DNA of 64,000 nucleotides from a virus: IMG/VR virus record IMGVR_UViG_3300035703_000046, positions 1 to 64,000 of that record, one strand, 5' to 3'. This document shows positions 17,898 to 27,757 of this stretch, one piece after another (positions within the stretch are counted from its first letter, which is position 1; every line of letters starts with the position of its first letter). The notes below the pieces were generated by a model. That model ran no database searches and was not told where the DNA came from. It was given only the letters and a program-made list of their open reading frames with translations. Position numbers and translations under genes: made by a program.

Positions 17898-19452
17898 CTA
17901 AAATTCCCTCGGCAAGAGCGAGAAGTTTCATGCTAGCATTAAGATCGTAGTCTTCTATCTCTGAAGAATATTTTAGTAAAAGATTAGCAGCTTCGTATTG
18001 ATTTTTGCAAGAAGCTAGTTTCTTGATAAAATTAATATGAACACCGGCAATTGTAGGCTCTGAAGAAGGAGCCTCTTCTTCAGTAGAGGCGGTAAATCCT
18101 TCCCATCTTTTTAGAGCATCTGTTATAAAAGATATTTGATTATTAATTTTTGATTTTTCTTGGTCCGAGACTTGACCAAGCAAAGTTTGTAATTGTAATT
18201 TAATTCCTTTTAATTTATTAATTTCTTTTTCTTTTTCTTCTTTGCTTAATTTTTTAAAATCATCATCAGATTTTACAAAAGCTGTTAAATCTTCGGTTTC
18301 GGTTTCGGTTTCGGTTTCGGTTTCGGTTTCGCCTTCGGGTGAATGACCGAGTTCTGATAGTTTTTGGTTGTGGCTTTGAATTTGCTTTTCTAACTCTCCG
18401 ATGCTAAACTCTCTAAGTTTAACTTCATCTTCGGTGAGTGAAGATTTTTCGCTTTCTAATTCCTGTTTCTTATTTAAGATCTCTTCGTTAAGTCTCTTTA
18501 AATCTTCAAGATAAAAATTTATTAATTCTTGATCTGTAGGCTCCGCTTTTGCGGGAGCTGGAGTCTCGGGACGAGCGGGTCCTGTTGGAGGTACTTCTGG
18601 AGAAGCTGGGCGAGCAGATGGCTTACCATCACCTTTTCCAGTTGAGGGGGCTGGGGGTAAAGCAGGCGTATCAGTTGCTGTTGGAGGTTGGCTAATATCA
18701 ATTAAAGATTTTAAATGCTTTTCATACAAAGATTTAAATGATTTTTCAAATTCCATTTGTAAATTAGAAACTTTTCTTAAACCATCTAAATATGCTCCAA
18801 TTTCTCCATATGCACGAGCATCGTGAAGATCTTTAATTAAAGAATCAATTCTTGATAAAGTATTCTTGGTTTTATTAAAAAATCCCCTTAAAGCCGCATC
18901 TCTTTCTTTTCTTTGCTTGCTTTGAAGTTTTTTATATACCCATTCTCTTTTCCAGTCATCTAGCCATCCTGCATTTTTGATTAATTCAAAATAAAAATCT
19001 TCATCAGCCTTGGCGCTAATGTTTCCACCCTTATTGCCTTTAAAAAATTCTACAAGCTCTGCTCTAATTTGCTCATCAGTTAAATCATAAGGATTGCTCA
19101 ATACTCTTTCTTTTTCAAATTCTTGAAGAGATTCCTCAGAAATAACATTTACTTTACTTGTTTGGCTGGAAATGCTTCTTAGAGCTTTATTAATCGCCGT
19201 AACAACAGAAACAAAATCTAAAATCCTTTTAGAGTTATACGCAGACTCCATGCGATCAAGATATACTTTTAAATCTTTTCGCCAATTTTCAATCTGATTA
19301 TCAATATCTCTTAGTTCAGACATTTTTTGAGAATATTCTGAAATAAATCCCTCACCAAACATTCTCACTATACCAGAGGGCGTAAATTTTTCTTTAAGCC
19401 AAGTTCCTACGCCAACATCAGCAGATTTGATAATAATAATTTCATTATTCAT
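17890..19452 (-). CDS. Putative processed head-internal protein (coiled coil, Pro-rich linker)
   Basis: IIKSA|D, LIKNA|GWLD, IKKLA|S; C-terminal tag-like helix pair. Confidence 0.55.
   Translation of the reverse strand: MNNEIIIIKSADVGVGTWLKEKFTPSGIVRMFGEGFISEYSQKMSELRDIDNQIENWRKDLKVYLDRMESAYNSKRILDFVSVVTAINKALRSISSQTSKVNVISEESLQEFEKERVLSNPYDLTDEQIRAELVEFFKGNKGGNISAKADEDFYFELIKNAGWLDDWKREWVYKKLQSKQRKERDAALRGFFNKTKNTLSRIDSLIKDLHDARAYGEIGAYLDGLRKVSNLQMEFEKSFKSLYEKHLKSLIDISQPPTATDTPALPPAPSTGKGDGKPSARPASPEVPPTGPARPETPAPAKAEPTDQELINFYLEDLKRLNEEILNKKQELESEKSSLTEDEVKLREFSIGELEKQIQSHNQKLSELGHSPEGETETETETETETEDLTAFVKSDDDFKKLSKEEKEKEINKLKGIKLQLQTLLGQVSDQEKSKINNQISFITDALKRWEGFTASTEEEAPSSEPTIAGVHINFIKKLASCKNQYEAANLLLKYSSEIEDYDLNASMKLLALAEGILDA
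18292..18330. repeat. (TTCGGT)6.5 tandem repeat encoding ETETETETETETE
   Basis: Read directly from the sequence. Confidence 0.95.
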
Positions 19453-19510
19453 ATTAATTTTCCTGAGCTTATATTAACTACCAACTATGTCAATTTATTA
19501 CTATTTAAAT

Positions 19511-21232
19511 TTAAACTCCTGGTGGAGGCGGTGGTGGAACTCCTCCGCCGCCGCTAGAGCCTTCAGGAGCTGCTGTGGATGAATCTTCTCCTGGCAATAG
19601 AACTTCTGGAGCCTCTGGAATTTCATCATTATTGCCCAGTGCCCTAAGCTCATTTAATGACATTTTCTCCAATGAAATTTTCTCTTTTGCTAAAATGGCT
19701 TCATCAATAGATTCTTGACGAATTCTTCTTTGCTCATCTTCCCAGTCCAAACCAAGAGAACGATACAAAGTATGAAGACTGGCTTTTTTATTGTTCGTGT
19801 CTTGAGTCATGTTCATAAGATTTTGAATGTAATCACCCATATCGAACATGCTCATGTGGTTCCAGTCAATTTCTGGAACAATTAATCTTTTCTCTTCGCC
19901 ATCATAATCATAAAAATCATTAATAATGCTAATTGGTGCAAATATTTTTCTTCTTAACCAATTCGTTAACATGTTTCTAAATTGAGTATATCTCTGACGC
20001 AATACATCTAATCCAACCGAGCCGTTAGCATATGTTGTATCACTGCCGCCATCCATGATAACAGAAGGCACCATTAATGCTGTAAATATTTCTTTTACTA
20101 ATTGAGCTACAATACTTGAATCATCATAAATTGCCCCACCGCTACCAATTTTTTCTACCGCAACATCTTGATGGGTAAATATTTTAAAATTTCTATCGGC
20201 TTCGGCAGCTTCCCAAATGTCACGATAAGAAGAAATGTCTTCTGGACTTGGTTTAAATTCTGTGCTTCCAATTTTAACTAGTGTTAAAGGATTGACCATT
20301 GATACCGCTTGAGTGTATTTAGCTTCTCTAAATTGATCAAATAGCATCAGAGCTTTAAATGCAGGCACGATTAATCCTGTACCGCGAGTTTCGTAGGGCG
20401 AAATTCTTCGGGCTAAATGAGAACAATTAAAGTTATCTAAAGGAATATTTTCACCTTTTCTAACTCTTTCTACAATTGCCGGATCTAATTTTGATCGCTG
20501 CATAATATCAGCAGGGGAATTTCCTGTAATAATCTTTTTAAGATTTTCATCAGGGCGCAAGCTAATTACTGGATCTCCGCCTAAAGAATTTTGAATAACA
20601 ACATAATCTGGATTTTGAATAATTAATCGGCTCCATTTGCCTTTATTCTGATCTAATTCGGCATATACAATAGCTTCACCTAAAATCCAATATTCTTGAG
20701 CAATTTGAACAATCATATCCATTAAATTAATTTCTTCAATCATTTCTGAGAAGAATTTTTCAACTTTTGGATTTTTACATTTAATATTTAATTTTGCTAC
20801 TGGATAAGTGGAGTGCAGCGTACATGCATTATGAACAAACGGATTTAATGCAAAGAATGCACGGCTCCAAGCATTAATAGTTGCTCGGTCTCTTGGAAGG
20901 CTTAAATTGCTATATAGCCATAAAGGAGAGTAAACCTCGCTAGCCTGATGTACTACTCCACCGCCTCCACGCCAACTAGCACCAGCGCCGCCAGTTCCCA
21001 TGGAGTCATAATTACTTGCTTTTTTAGAAAACCCAGCAGAGATACCGCTCAAATATGAATTTGGATTAGCATCTGCCGACTTAGTTACGCCTTTTTCGAC
21101 AAATAAACCTTTATTAAGTTCATCTTCTAACATGGCTCTGCGATATTGAGAAACGTTTTTTGCCATGTTATTTGTAATAAATGGTTTTAAATCCTGTCGA
21201 GGAACAAAAGAGCCATTTTTAAATTCAGTCAT
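19511..21232 (-). CDS. Portal protein
   Basis: 573 aa downstream of TerL; FFALNPFV..YWILGEA..IQNPDYV..HLARRISPYETRGTGLI..LMVPS pattern typical of phage portals. Confidence 0.8.
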   Translation of the reverse strand: MTEFKNGSFVPRQDLKPFITNNMAKNVSQYRRAMLEDELNKGLFVEKGVTKSADANPNSYLSGISAGFSKKASNYDSMGTGGAGASWRGGGGVVHQASEVYSPLWLYSNLSLPRDRATINAWSRAFFALNPFVHNACTLHSTYPVAKLNIKCKNPKVEKFFSEMIEEINLMDMIVQIAQEYWILGEAIVYAELDQNKGKWSRLIIQNPDYVVIQNSLGGDPVISLRPDENLKKIITGNSPADIMQRSKLDPAIVERVRKGENIPLDNFNCSHLARRISPYETRGTGLIVPAFKALMLFDQFREAKYTQAVSMVNPLTLVKIGSTEFKPSPEDISSYRDIWEAAEADRNFKIFTHQDVAVEKIGSGGAIYDDSSIVAQLVKEIFTALMVPSVIMDGGSDTTYANGSVGLDVLRQRYTQFRNMLTNWLRRKIFAPISIINDFYDYDGEEKRLIVPEIDWNHMSMFDMGDYIQNLMNMTQDTNNKKASLHTLYRSLGLDWEDEQRRIRQESIDEAILAKEKISLEKMSLNELRALGNNDEIPEAPEVLLPGEDSSTAAPEGSSGGGGVPPPPPPGV

Positions 21233-21382
21233 TACGCAACCTTCCTGATAATAATTTCATATAATGTTAAGCGCTGGTTAAACTAACTATAACCTAAAGG
21301 AGTTACAGATCATCTATTGAAAATGCTATAATAATAGTCTTTTTAAAATCTGAATTTTAACTCTAAAATGGCTATCATATAA

Positions 21383-22696
21383 ATGAAAAAAATATACATA
21401 CTAGACACTTCAGTACTCGTTCAAAATCCATCGTGCCTAAACGAAATATCAAATTCGACATTAATCTTACCAATTACTGTATTGGAAGAGCTTGATAAAT
21501 TAAAATCTTATAGGGAAGAAGTTGGCAAAAACGCCAGAATGTTAATCAAACAAATTGATAAACTTTCTTCTGAAGGTGATTTCCAAAGCGGAATAAATCT
21601 TCCATCTAATTCGATATTAAAAGTTGATGTTTCTGATGAGGGCTTCATAGGAAAAGATGAAACCTATGGAGACAATAAAATCTTAGCATGTGCCTTAAAA
21701 TATAAAAAAGGCAAAACTGTTCCTACTCTTTTATCTGCAGATCTTAATTTAAGAATCAGAGCAAAAGCATTAGGAATAAAAGCTGAAGATTATATTGAAA
21801 AAGGAGCAAAAACATCTGAGTTTTATTCTGGAATTGCTCAAATTCACCACGAAGATGCTTTTCAAGAATTAATGGAAAAAAGTTCTTTTAATCCAAAAAA
21901 CTACAATATAAAATTGTTACCAAATGAATTCGCTTTGTTTGTAGATGAAAATGGATACGAACTAGGATTGGCTCGAAAAGTATCTGATGACAAAGTAAAG
22001 CTTGTAAAAAAACAAAGTGTCTGGGGAATTCATCCAAGAAGCAATGAACAAGCATGTCTTGTAGATCTATTAATGGACTCTAGTCTTCCATTAGTTACCG
22101 TTATGGGTCAAGCAGGTTCCGGTAAAACGTTGGTAGCCTTAGCAGCAGCATTAGAGCTAGTACTAGAAAAACAAAAATATGATAAGCTAATTATTTATCG
22201 CCCAGTAGAAGTTATTGGAAAAGAACTTGGCTACATGCCAGGCAATAAATATGAGAAAATGGAACCATACTTTCAAGCAATCTTTGATTCTTTCGAAGCC
22301 TTATTAGCTAGTAATACTGGTGGAAAAGATAAAAATAAAAATACTTTAACCTGGCGAGATAATTTAGAATATTTTATTAAAAAAGATAAAATAGAACTTG
22401 ATGTTCTTGCTTATGCTCGTGGTAGAAGCCTTGCAAATGCGCTCATTATCATTGATGAGGCTCAAAATTTACCAGCTAGCGCCGCCAAAACATTACTAAC
22501 TAGATTGGGCGCAGGTAGCAAAATTGTATGCACTGGCGATATTGAACAAATTGACGTAAATAATTTAGATGCTATAAATAACACTATCAGCACAATAGTA
22601 GAAGCTTTTAAAGGATCTAAATTGGCTGGTCATATCTCTCTAGTTAAGGGAGAGCGTTCAGAACTTGCTAATGAGGCAATTAAATTACTAACGTGA
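21383..22696 (+). CDS. phoH: PhoH-family ATPase with an N-terminal PIN domain (PhoH2/YlaK-like)
   Basis: YILDTSVL..VLEELD (PIN); GQAGSGKT; RGRS; IIDEAQN; TRLG..SKIVCTGD..QID. Confidence 0.93.
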   Translation: MKKIYILDTSVLVQNPSCLNEISNSTLILPITVLEELDKLKSYREEVGKNARMLIKQIDKLSSEGDFQSGINLPSNSILKVDVSDEGFIGKDETYGDNKILACALKYKKGKTVPTLLSADLNLRIRAKALGIKAEDYIEKGAKTSEFYSGIAQIHHEDAFQELMEKSSFNPKNYNIKLLPNEFALFVDENGYELGLARKVSDDKVKLVKKQSVWGIHPRSNEQACLVDLLMDSSLPLVTVMGQAGSGKTLVALAAALELVLEKQKYDKLIIYRPVEVIGKELGYMPGNKYEKMEPYFQAIFDSFEALLASNTGGKDKNKNTLTWRDNLEYFIKKDKIELDVLAYARGRSLANALIIIDEAQNLPASAAKTLLTRLGAGSKIVCTGDIEQIDVNNLDAINNTISTIVEAFKGSKLAGHISLVKGERSELANEAIKLLT

Positions 22697-22699
22697 AAA

Positions 22700-24568
22700 T
22701 CATCTCCATCTAGGTAAATAACCTAAAGTAATTGGAGGATCTTTACTAGCCCCGGCTTCTTTATAGTTGTCGGGGTTTTTAATTTTAAAATTATTGCTTG
22801 CTAAAGATAAAGCTCCAACATAAGCATATGTTAGACCCATAAGACCGTCATTGGGAATATGACCTTTTACATATTTAGTCATAGGTTCTCCGCTGCGGTC
22901 ATAAGTTACTTTGGTGTCCATGCTAGCGCAATGCTCTACTAGCCAAGCAATTTTTTCATAATCTTTATAAGGAAATTTAATTTCTCCTCTTTTAAATTTT
23001 TCAAATATTTGCTCTAATACATAATCTTTTTCAAAAATAACTGTATTTAAATTATCTTCTTCTTTTAAGCGATATTTGCCAGTTACGTTATGCAAGCCGC
23101 TTGCGGCTAAAAATTTATGACCATATCTTTTTTGTAATATTTTGCAAATTTCATATCCGAATCCAATATCTCCTAATGCCAAATCTGGATTATAACGTCT
23201 AAATAATTGTTCAGCTCTTTCAACTTTATAATCTAAATCATTTTTCATGAACCTTTCAGCCCAAGCAACTCTAAATAATTTCGGACCTTCTTGAACTAAA
23301 ACAATAGCAACGCTATAAGATTTTCCTCCAGAAGACTCTTCATCCCCTGCTCCTGAATCTTCTACTTTTTGACCCCAATCAAACCCAATGATAATTTTTC
23401 TATCAGGACTAGATGACAACCTAGAAGCCAACATCATGGTTTGTTCACCGCAAATCTGATCAATTTCATCAGTGGTAATTGGTTGACTTGTACCAGAATA
23501 AAATTCTCCTAAAATTTCATTTCGATAAGCTCTCTCAGTATTTACAGGATGATTCTCTGGCTTTTCCCCAATAACTTTCCATCTTGGAAAATTTGGAATA
23601 TATAATTGATTTAAATGATAACCCATATATTGGGATTTGGGATCTTTATTATAACAGACCCATTTTCCTCTTTTTGCAGCTGCTCTTTTATCTTGCTCAT
23701 GTCCGCAATGGACACATTTAACTATAAAACCATGGCTTGGATGAGATTCAGGCAAAGAATCTTCTATCCAAATATTTTCCCAGTCATCGCTCCCTGGAGT
23801 GTATAAAGGGAAATCTTGCTGACATTTTTCACAACCTAAATGATAAAATTGTTGATTTGATACTGACCAGCGTTTATGAAAATCAGATCCTTTTTTCTTA
23901 GGAGTACCAAAATAAAATTGAACTCCGTCACCCGTAGCTCCATATTGAGCCTGAGTTAAGCTTTTTGTGGCGTTTTCAATTGCGGCAGTGCGCATATCTT
24001 GAATTTCATCACCTAAGAAAATGTCAGCAGTAATACCACGTAAACGATCTCCGGTTAACCCCGTTGATTCAATAAAAATGTGGTTTCCTCCTTGGAAATA
24101 CTTTAATTGCTGAGAATCAGCATCAGGCATTATCCTGGTTTCAATATAAGGTATTTTTTTAATTTTATCTTTAGGAGAATCTACTAGCTTGGAGGTGTTA
24201 ACTACAGTATCAAATTTAGTAACAGAAAATCTTCTTGCCATTTCCAATTGAGGAAAGCAATGCATAATTCGTATGGGAGGCTTGGTTTTAGTACCGTACT
24301 GACCAGATGCTAATAAAAATAATTCAATAAATAATGCCGCCATAGTGCCACCGACTTGGCGACCTTTAAGAAAGATGACTTTTTTACCTTTTCTAGTTAG
24401 AGCGGTCACTCCAACATATCGATAAATATCAATGTATGGCTCCCAACCATCTCTTAATTTTAAGGGCTTTCCATCAATTGTAAGATATTTTTCACACCAA
24501 TAAACAGGATCCATTTCTAGGATCTTTTCTTTCATTTCTAGAAAAAGATCTTTTTCTTTCTTGCTCAT
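22700..24568 (-). CDS. terL: Terminase large subunit (lambda GpA-like)
   Basis: KGRQVGGT, LRG, DEIQD, GTP; CEKC...CVHC zinc site; C-terminal nuclease IGFDWG...ND. Confidence 0.9.
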   Translation of the reverse strand: MSKKEKDLFLEMKEKILEMDPVYWCEKYLTIDGKPLKLRDGWEPYIDIYRYVGVTALTRKGKKVIFLKGRQVGGTMAALFIELFLLASGQYGTKTKPPIRIMHCFPQLEMARRFSVTKFDTVVNTSKLVDSPKDKIKKIPYIETRIMPDADSQQLKYFQGGNHIFIESTGLTGDRLRGITADIFLGDEIQDMRTAAIENATKSLTQAQYGATGDGVQFYFGTPKKKGSDFHKRWSVSNQQFYHLGCEKCQQDFPLYTPGSDDWENIWIEDSLPESHPSHGFIVKCVHCGHEQDKRAAAKRGKWVCYNKDPKSQYMGYHLNQLYIPNFPRWKVIGEKPENHPVNTERAYRNEILGEFYSGTSQPITTDEIDQICGEQTMMLASRLSSSPDRKIIIGFDWGQKVEDSGAGDEESSGGKSYSVAIVLVQEGPKLFRVAWAERFMKNDLDYKVERAEQLFRRYNPDLALGDIGFGYEICKILQKRYGHKFLAASGLHNVTGKYRLKEEDNLNTVIFEKDYVLEQIFEKFKRGEIKFPYKDYEKIAWLVEHCASMDTKVTYDRSGEPMTKYVKGHIPNDGLMGLTYAYVGALSLASNNFKIKNPDNYKEAGASKDPPITLGYLPRWR

Positions 24569-24600
24569 TAATTTTTCTTTCTTAAAAATTTAAGAAATTA

Positions 24601-25296
24601 TCATTTCTTCTGGAGACTGTGAAGAAAATCTCTATTGCTTCCATCGTCTTCAATTTCTATAATAGCTTTACCTAAATTGCCATCAACATTAGTTGTTCTA
24701 GGGTGATTCTTGTTATAAGATTCTAAGCATTTACCAATGAATTTGCTTAATTTAGAATCGTAAACATGATAAGCTTCTAATCCATCATTTTTTAATGATT
24801 TTAATAAATCATCTTGAATTGCAGGAATAGAAATATGACCATAATAAGAATTTACTTTATTATTAACAAATGATTTAATTTTTTCTTTTAATACATCAGA
24901 AACATCAAGACCCAATTCATCGCTTTCATCTACAGAAATCATTACAACAGAATTATTAATTACTGTTCCATTACCAGGAGACATATCTTGTGCTGTTTTA
25001 ATATTATCTTTAGAGGCGTCTTCTTTTTCAGCCAATGTTTTTAAATATTGCTTTAAGCCAGTTAATTCTTGATATTCTTTAACAATAGAATCTACTGTTG
25101 CATGTTTTTTCTTACCACTGACAATGGAAGAAATTTGAGAATAATAATCAGTTTCGCTTTGACGCAATCTAGCTGCCTCTACAGCGGTTGCACTTGATGT
25201 TTTTTCCCATTGAACCGCAAACTCATCAAGCCAAGAAGGAGAGGAAGAGCCTGAAGAAGTAAAATTATCTCTATCAAACATGCGATTACGTGACAT
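24601..25296 (-). CDS. Hypothetical head-associated protein
   Basis: Start revised to MSRNR (SD AAGG); IKTA|Q site. Confidence 0.65.
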   Translation of the reverse strand: MSRNRMFDRDNFTSSGSSSPSWLDEFAVQWEKTSSATAVEAARLRQSETDYYSQISSIVSGKKKHATVDSIVKEYQELTGLKQYLKTLAEKEDASKDNIKTAQDMSPGNGTVINNSVVMISVDESDELGLDVSDVLKEKIKSFVNNKVNSYYGHISIPAIQDDLLKSLKNDGLEAYHVYDSKLSKFIGKCLESYNKNHPRTTNVDGNLGKAIIEIEDDGSNRDFLHSLQKK

Positions 25297-25304
25297 AAAA
25301 ACCT

Positions 25305-26240
25305 TTATGCAGGGTACTGAGCAGCCCAATCGCCGTTTTCAGCACTAGTTAAATCAATTTCTTCACCAATCATCTTGGAGCGATCTCTCCAGACAGAAGC
25401 ATATCCCATGTCTTCAATCAAATGAACAACTTCAAGTTTTTGCTGTTTAGTTAGATCGTATTTCTTACAAAGATCCATAAAAACTTCTTCAATATCGTGA
25501 CCCGCAGAAACAGAAGAATTAATACAAATTCTAGCCAATAAGCTTATAAAATAAGGAACATTAACTTCAAAATGAATAGATTTAGCTTCTTTTACAAATC
25601 CAACTGAATCATCAGAGGCTTTTTTCTTTTTACGTTTCATTGGATTTTTAATAGATTCTAATTTTTCTAGGCGGTCAAATAATCTATCAAGACCATCATA
25701 AATTTCTTGACGAGCTTTTTCTAATAAAGAAGTATCAACGAGATCATGAATATCTGTGCGACTTGCTTTGGAGCATTCTCCTTCCAAATATTTTAAATAA
25801 GCAATTGCTTTTTCAATTCCAGAAATATCTTTACCATTATGACGAGGAACTGTTTTTAATTTATTTTCTAGCCAAGGTAAAAATTTATCATGTGTCCATT
25901 TCCATGGATCATCTGTTACTTGAACTTTATCGTCTTCTTCTGATACAGAGAGTTCGGAAGGTTCTTCAATTTCTTCTTCAGAGTCAGAACCTGGAAATTT
26001 ACCTAAAGTAAATGAAAATTCTTTTTTTGCATCAAATTTAAAATCTTCATCATCACTAGAAATATGAATATGACCTTCTATCTCAGGATGATGCTCTAAA
26101 AGCTCCTCTTCATGTTCATTTTCTGGATCAATTTCAATTTCTACATCAAGAAAATGAGTATCTGCTAACATCCCGTCAGCTTCTTCTCTAGAAACCAATT
26201 CACTTCCTGTAGGACTTATTTGAGCAATTTTAATAGTCAT
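25305..26240 (-). CDS. Hypothetical acidic head-associated protein
   Basis: MTIKIA|Q, KKKA|S, FVKEA|K. Confidence 0.65.
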   Translation of the reverse strand: MTIKIAQISPTGSELVSREEADGMLADTHFLDVEIEIDPENEHEEELLEHHPEIEGHIHISSDDEDFKFDAKKEFSFTLGKFPGSDSEEEIEEPSELSVSEEDDKVQVTDDPWKWTHDKFLPWLENKLKTVPRHNGKDISGIEKAIAYLKYLEGECSKASRTDIHDLVDTSLLEKARQEIYDGLDRLFDRLEKLESIKNPMKRKKKKASDDSVGFVKEAKSIHFEVNVPYFISLLARICINSSVSAGHDIEEVFMDLCKKYDLTKQQKLEVVHLIEDMGYASVWRDRSKMIGEEIDLTSAENGDWAAQYPA

Positions 26241-26304
26241 TTCATAAACCTTTTAAATACTAGTATTCTAAATTATCACGTATTATTAGCAGATTTTTAT
26301 AGTT

Positions 26305-26811
26305 TTAAAAATCATATTTTTTAACAGATGCAATTTTTTTCAAAACTTCATAATATTCTTTTTTCACAAACTCTATATCCTCTTTGGAGCTAAGACTCTC
26401 TATAGAATAATATCCATAATAGTGACTTCTATCTAAAGAATTATCATTGTAATATCCCAGAGGAAAAGTCATTAATCCGGTCATAAGAGTGCCGCTTAAT
26501 GGCTTATAATACAACGGAGAGCCCGTAGGCATCTCTATATCTTTTTGTTTTTCAGGATATTTGCAAACTGTTTTTTCTAATTTTTCAATAATTTTATCTG
26601 CATAAAAACATTTTTCTTCTGGATTTGATTGCATTAAAATATTATTATTACTTGTAGCTGCCTCTGGAGAAGATGCAATAGGAAGTTCTAAAACTAATTT
26701 ACCTGCACTCTTGCAGCCAAAAGGAATAGGAAATCCAAAAGGACAAATAGTTTCATCATTGTCTCTGATTATTTTTAAATGAAGATTTGTATCAGCTTTT
26801 TCTTTGGGCAT
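26305..26811 (-). CDS. Hypothetical Cys-containing protein
   Basis: CPFGFPIPFGC..C..C; LKKIA|S. Confidence 0.65.
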   Translation of the reverse strand: MPKEKADTNLHLKIIRDNDETICPFGFPIPFGCKSAGKLVLELPIASSPEAATSNNNILMQSNPEEKCFYADKIIEKLEKTVCKYPEKQKDIEMPTGSPLYYKPLSGTLMTGLMTFPLGYYNDNSLDRSHYYGYYSIESLSSKEDIEFVKKEYYEVLKKIASVKKYDF

Positions 26812-26812
26812 A

Positions 26813-27031
26813 TCATCCTAATTTTAAAACTTCATTTGCAAATTTTTCAATCTCTAAAACTATCTCTGCTATTGTTTTCTTTTTGGCACGCAATGACTTT
26901 CTTTTATTTAAAAAATCTCTAACACTTTTAAATCTATTCATGCTGCCATGGTAAAAGCCTTCTCCATAATCGTAATTTTTTCTTACAGGACTTGGATAAG
27001 GTCTAACATCTAGATCTACTCTCTTTTTCAT
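26813..27031 (-). CDS. Small hypothetical protein
   Basis: ORF track; overlaps or abuts both neighbours. Confidence 0.6.
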   Translation of the reverse strand: MKKRVDLDVRPYPSPVRKNYDYGEGFYHGSMNRFKSVRDFLNKRKSLRAKKKTIAEIVLEIEKFANEVLKLG

Positions 27032-27753
27032 AATGAAGCCTTAAAGTCAATATAATTTAAAGGCAGAACGTTTTCAAGTTCTAATTTTTTAATTAATTTA
27101 ATAGTATTTTTATAATTAAATTGCAATGCTTTATTAAGCTTTTTGACCATATATTCTTGCGATACTAGATTTAAAATCTGCTTGTTTTTTATTATCCAAG
27201 ATTCAACTCTGGGAGATAAATCAAAGCCTAGTTTAGAAGAAAGATAAATCGCTCTAACAATTCTATTAGGATCTACATGCAAAGTAATATTAGGAGGAAG
27301 ACACGTATCTATTACTTGCTTTTCAATATCTTTCAGTCCTCTTTTTAAAGGGTCATAAATTGTAGTTAAATCCATTGACATTAATAATGAATTGCAGGTA
27401 AAATCTCTGCTTATCATTTCTTTATGTAGAGGAGATAAAGAAATTCCTACAATATTCTCTATGTTGGGAACTATAAAATTGCTACTAAAATCTAGTTTTA
27501 ATCCTGGAAGCATAATGGAAGAATGACCATCATCCATTACAATGTGCTTGGCTGGAATATTTTTTAATTTTTCATGTACTTTCTTTGACAATACATGAAC
27601 AGTTACATCTCCAGTTGTAATATCAACATCATTTAAATGAATATTTTTATTAATTGCCTTGTCTCTGGGCAAGCCTCCGCACAAGTACGGTTGGGATAAG
27701 CCGTTCTCTATAGCTGTCTCATTAATTATCTTTAAAAGATAAATTAGCTTCAT
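27028..27753 (-). CDS. tRNA nucleotidyltransferase/poly(A) polymerase family protein (class II, compact)
   Basis: YLCGGLPRD, DVD, RDFTCNSL, DPL..GLKDI, DPNRIVRA. Confidence 0.88.
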   Translation of the reverse strand: MKLIYLLKIINETAIENGLSQPYLCGGLPRDKAINKNIHLNDVDITTGDVTVHVLSKKVHEKLKNIPAKHIVMDDGHSSIMLPGLKLDFSSNFIVPNIENIVGISLSPLHKEMISRDFTCNSLLMSMDLTTIYDPLKRGLKDIEKQVIDTCLPPNITLHVDPNRIVRAIYLSSKLGFDLSPRVESWIIKNKQILNLVSQEYMVKKLNKALQFNYKNTIKLIKKLELENVLPLNYIDFKASL

Positions 27754-27757
27754 TTAA

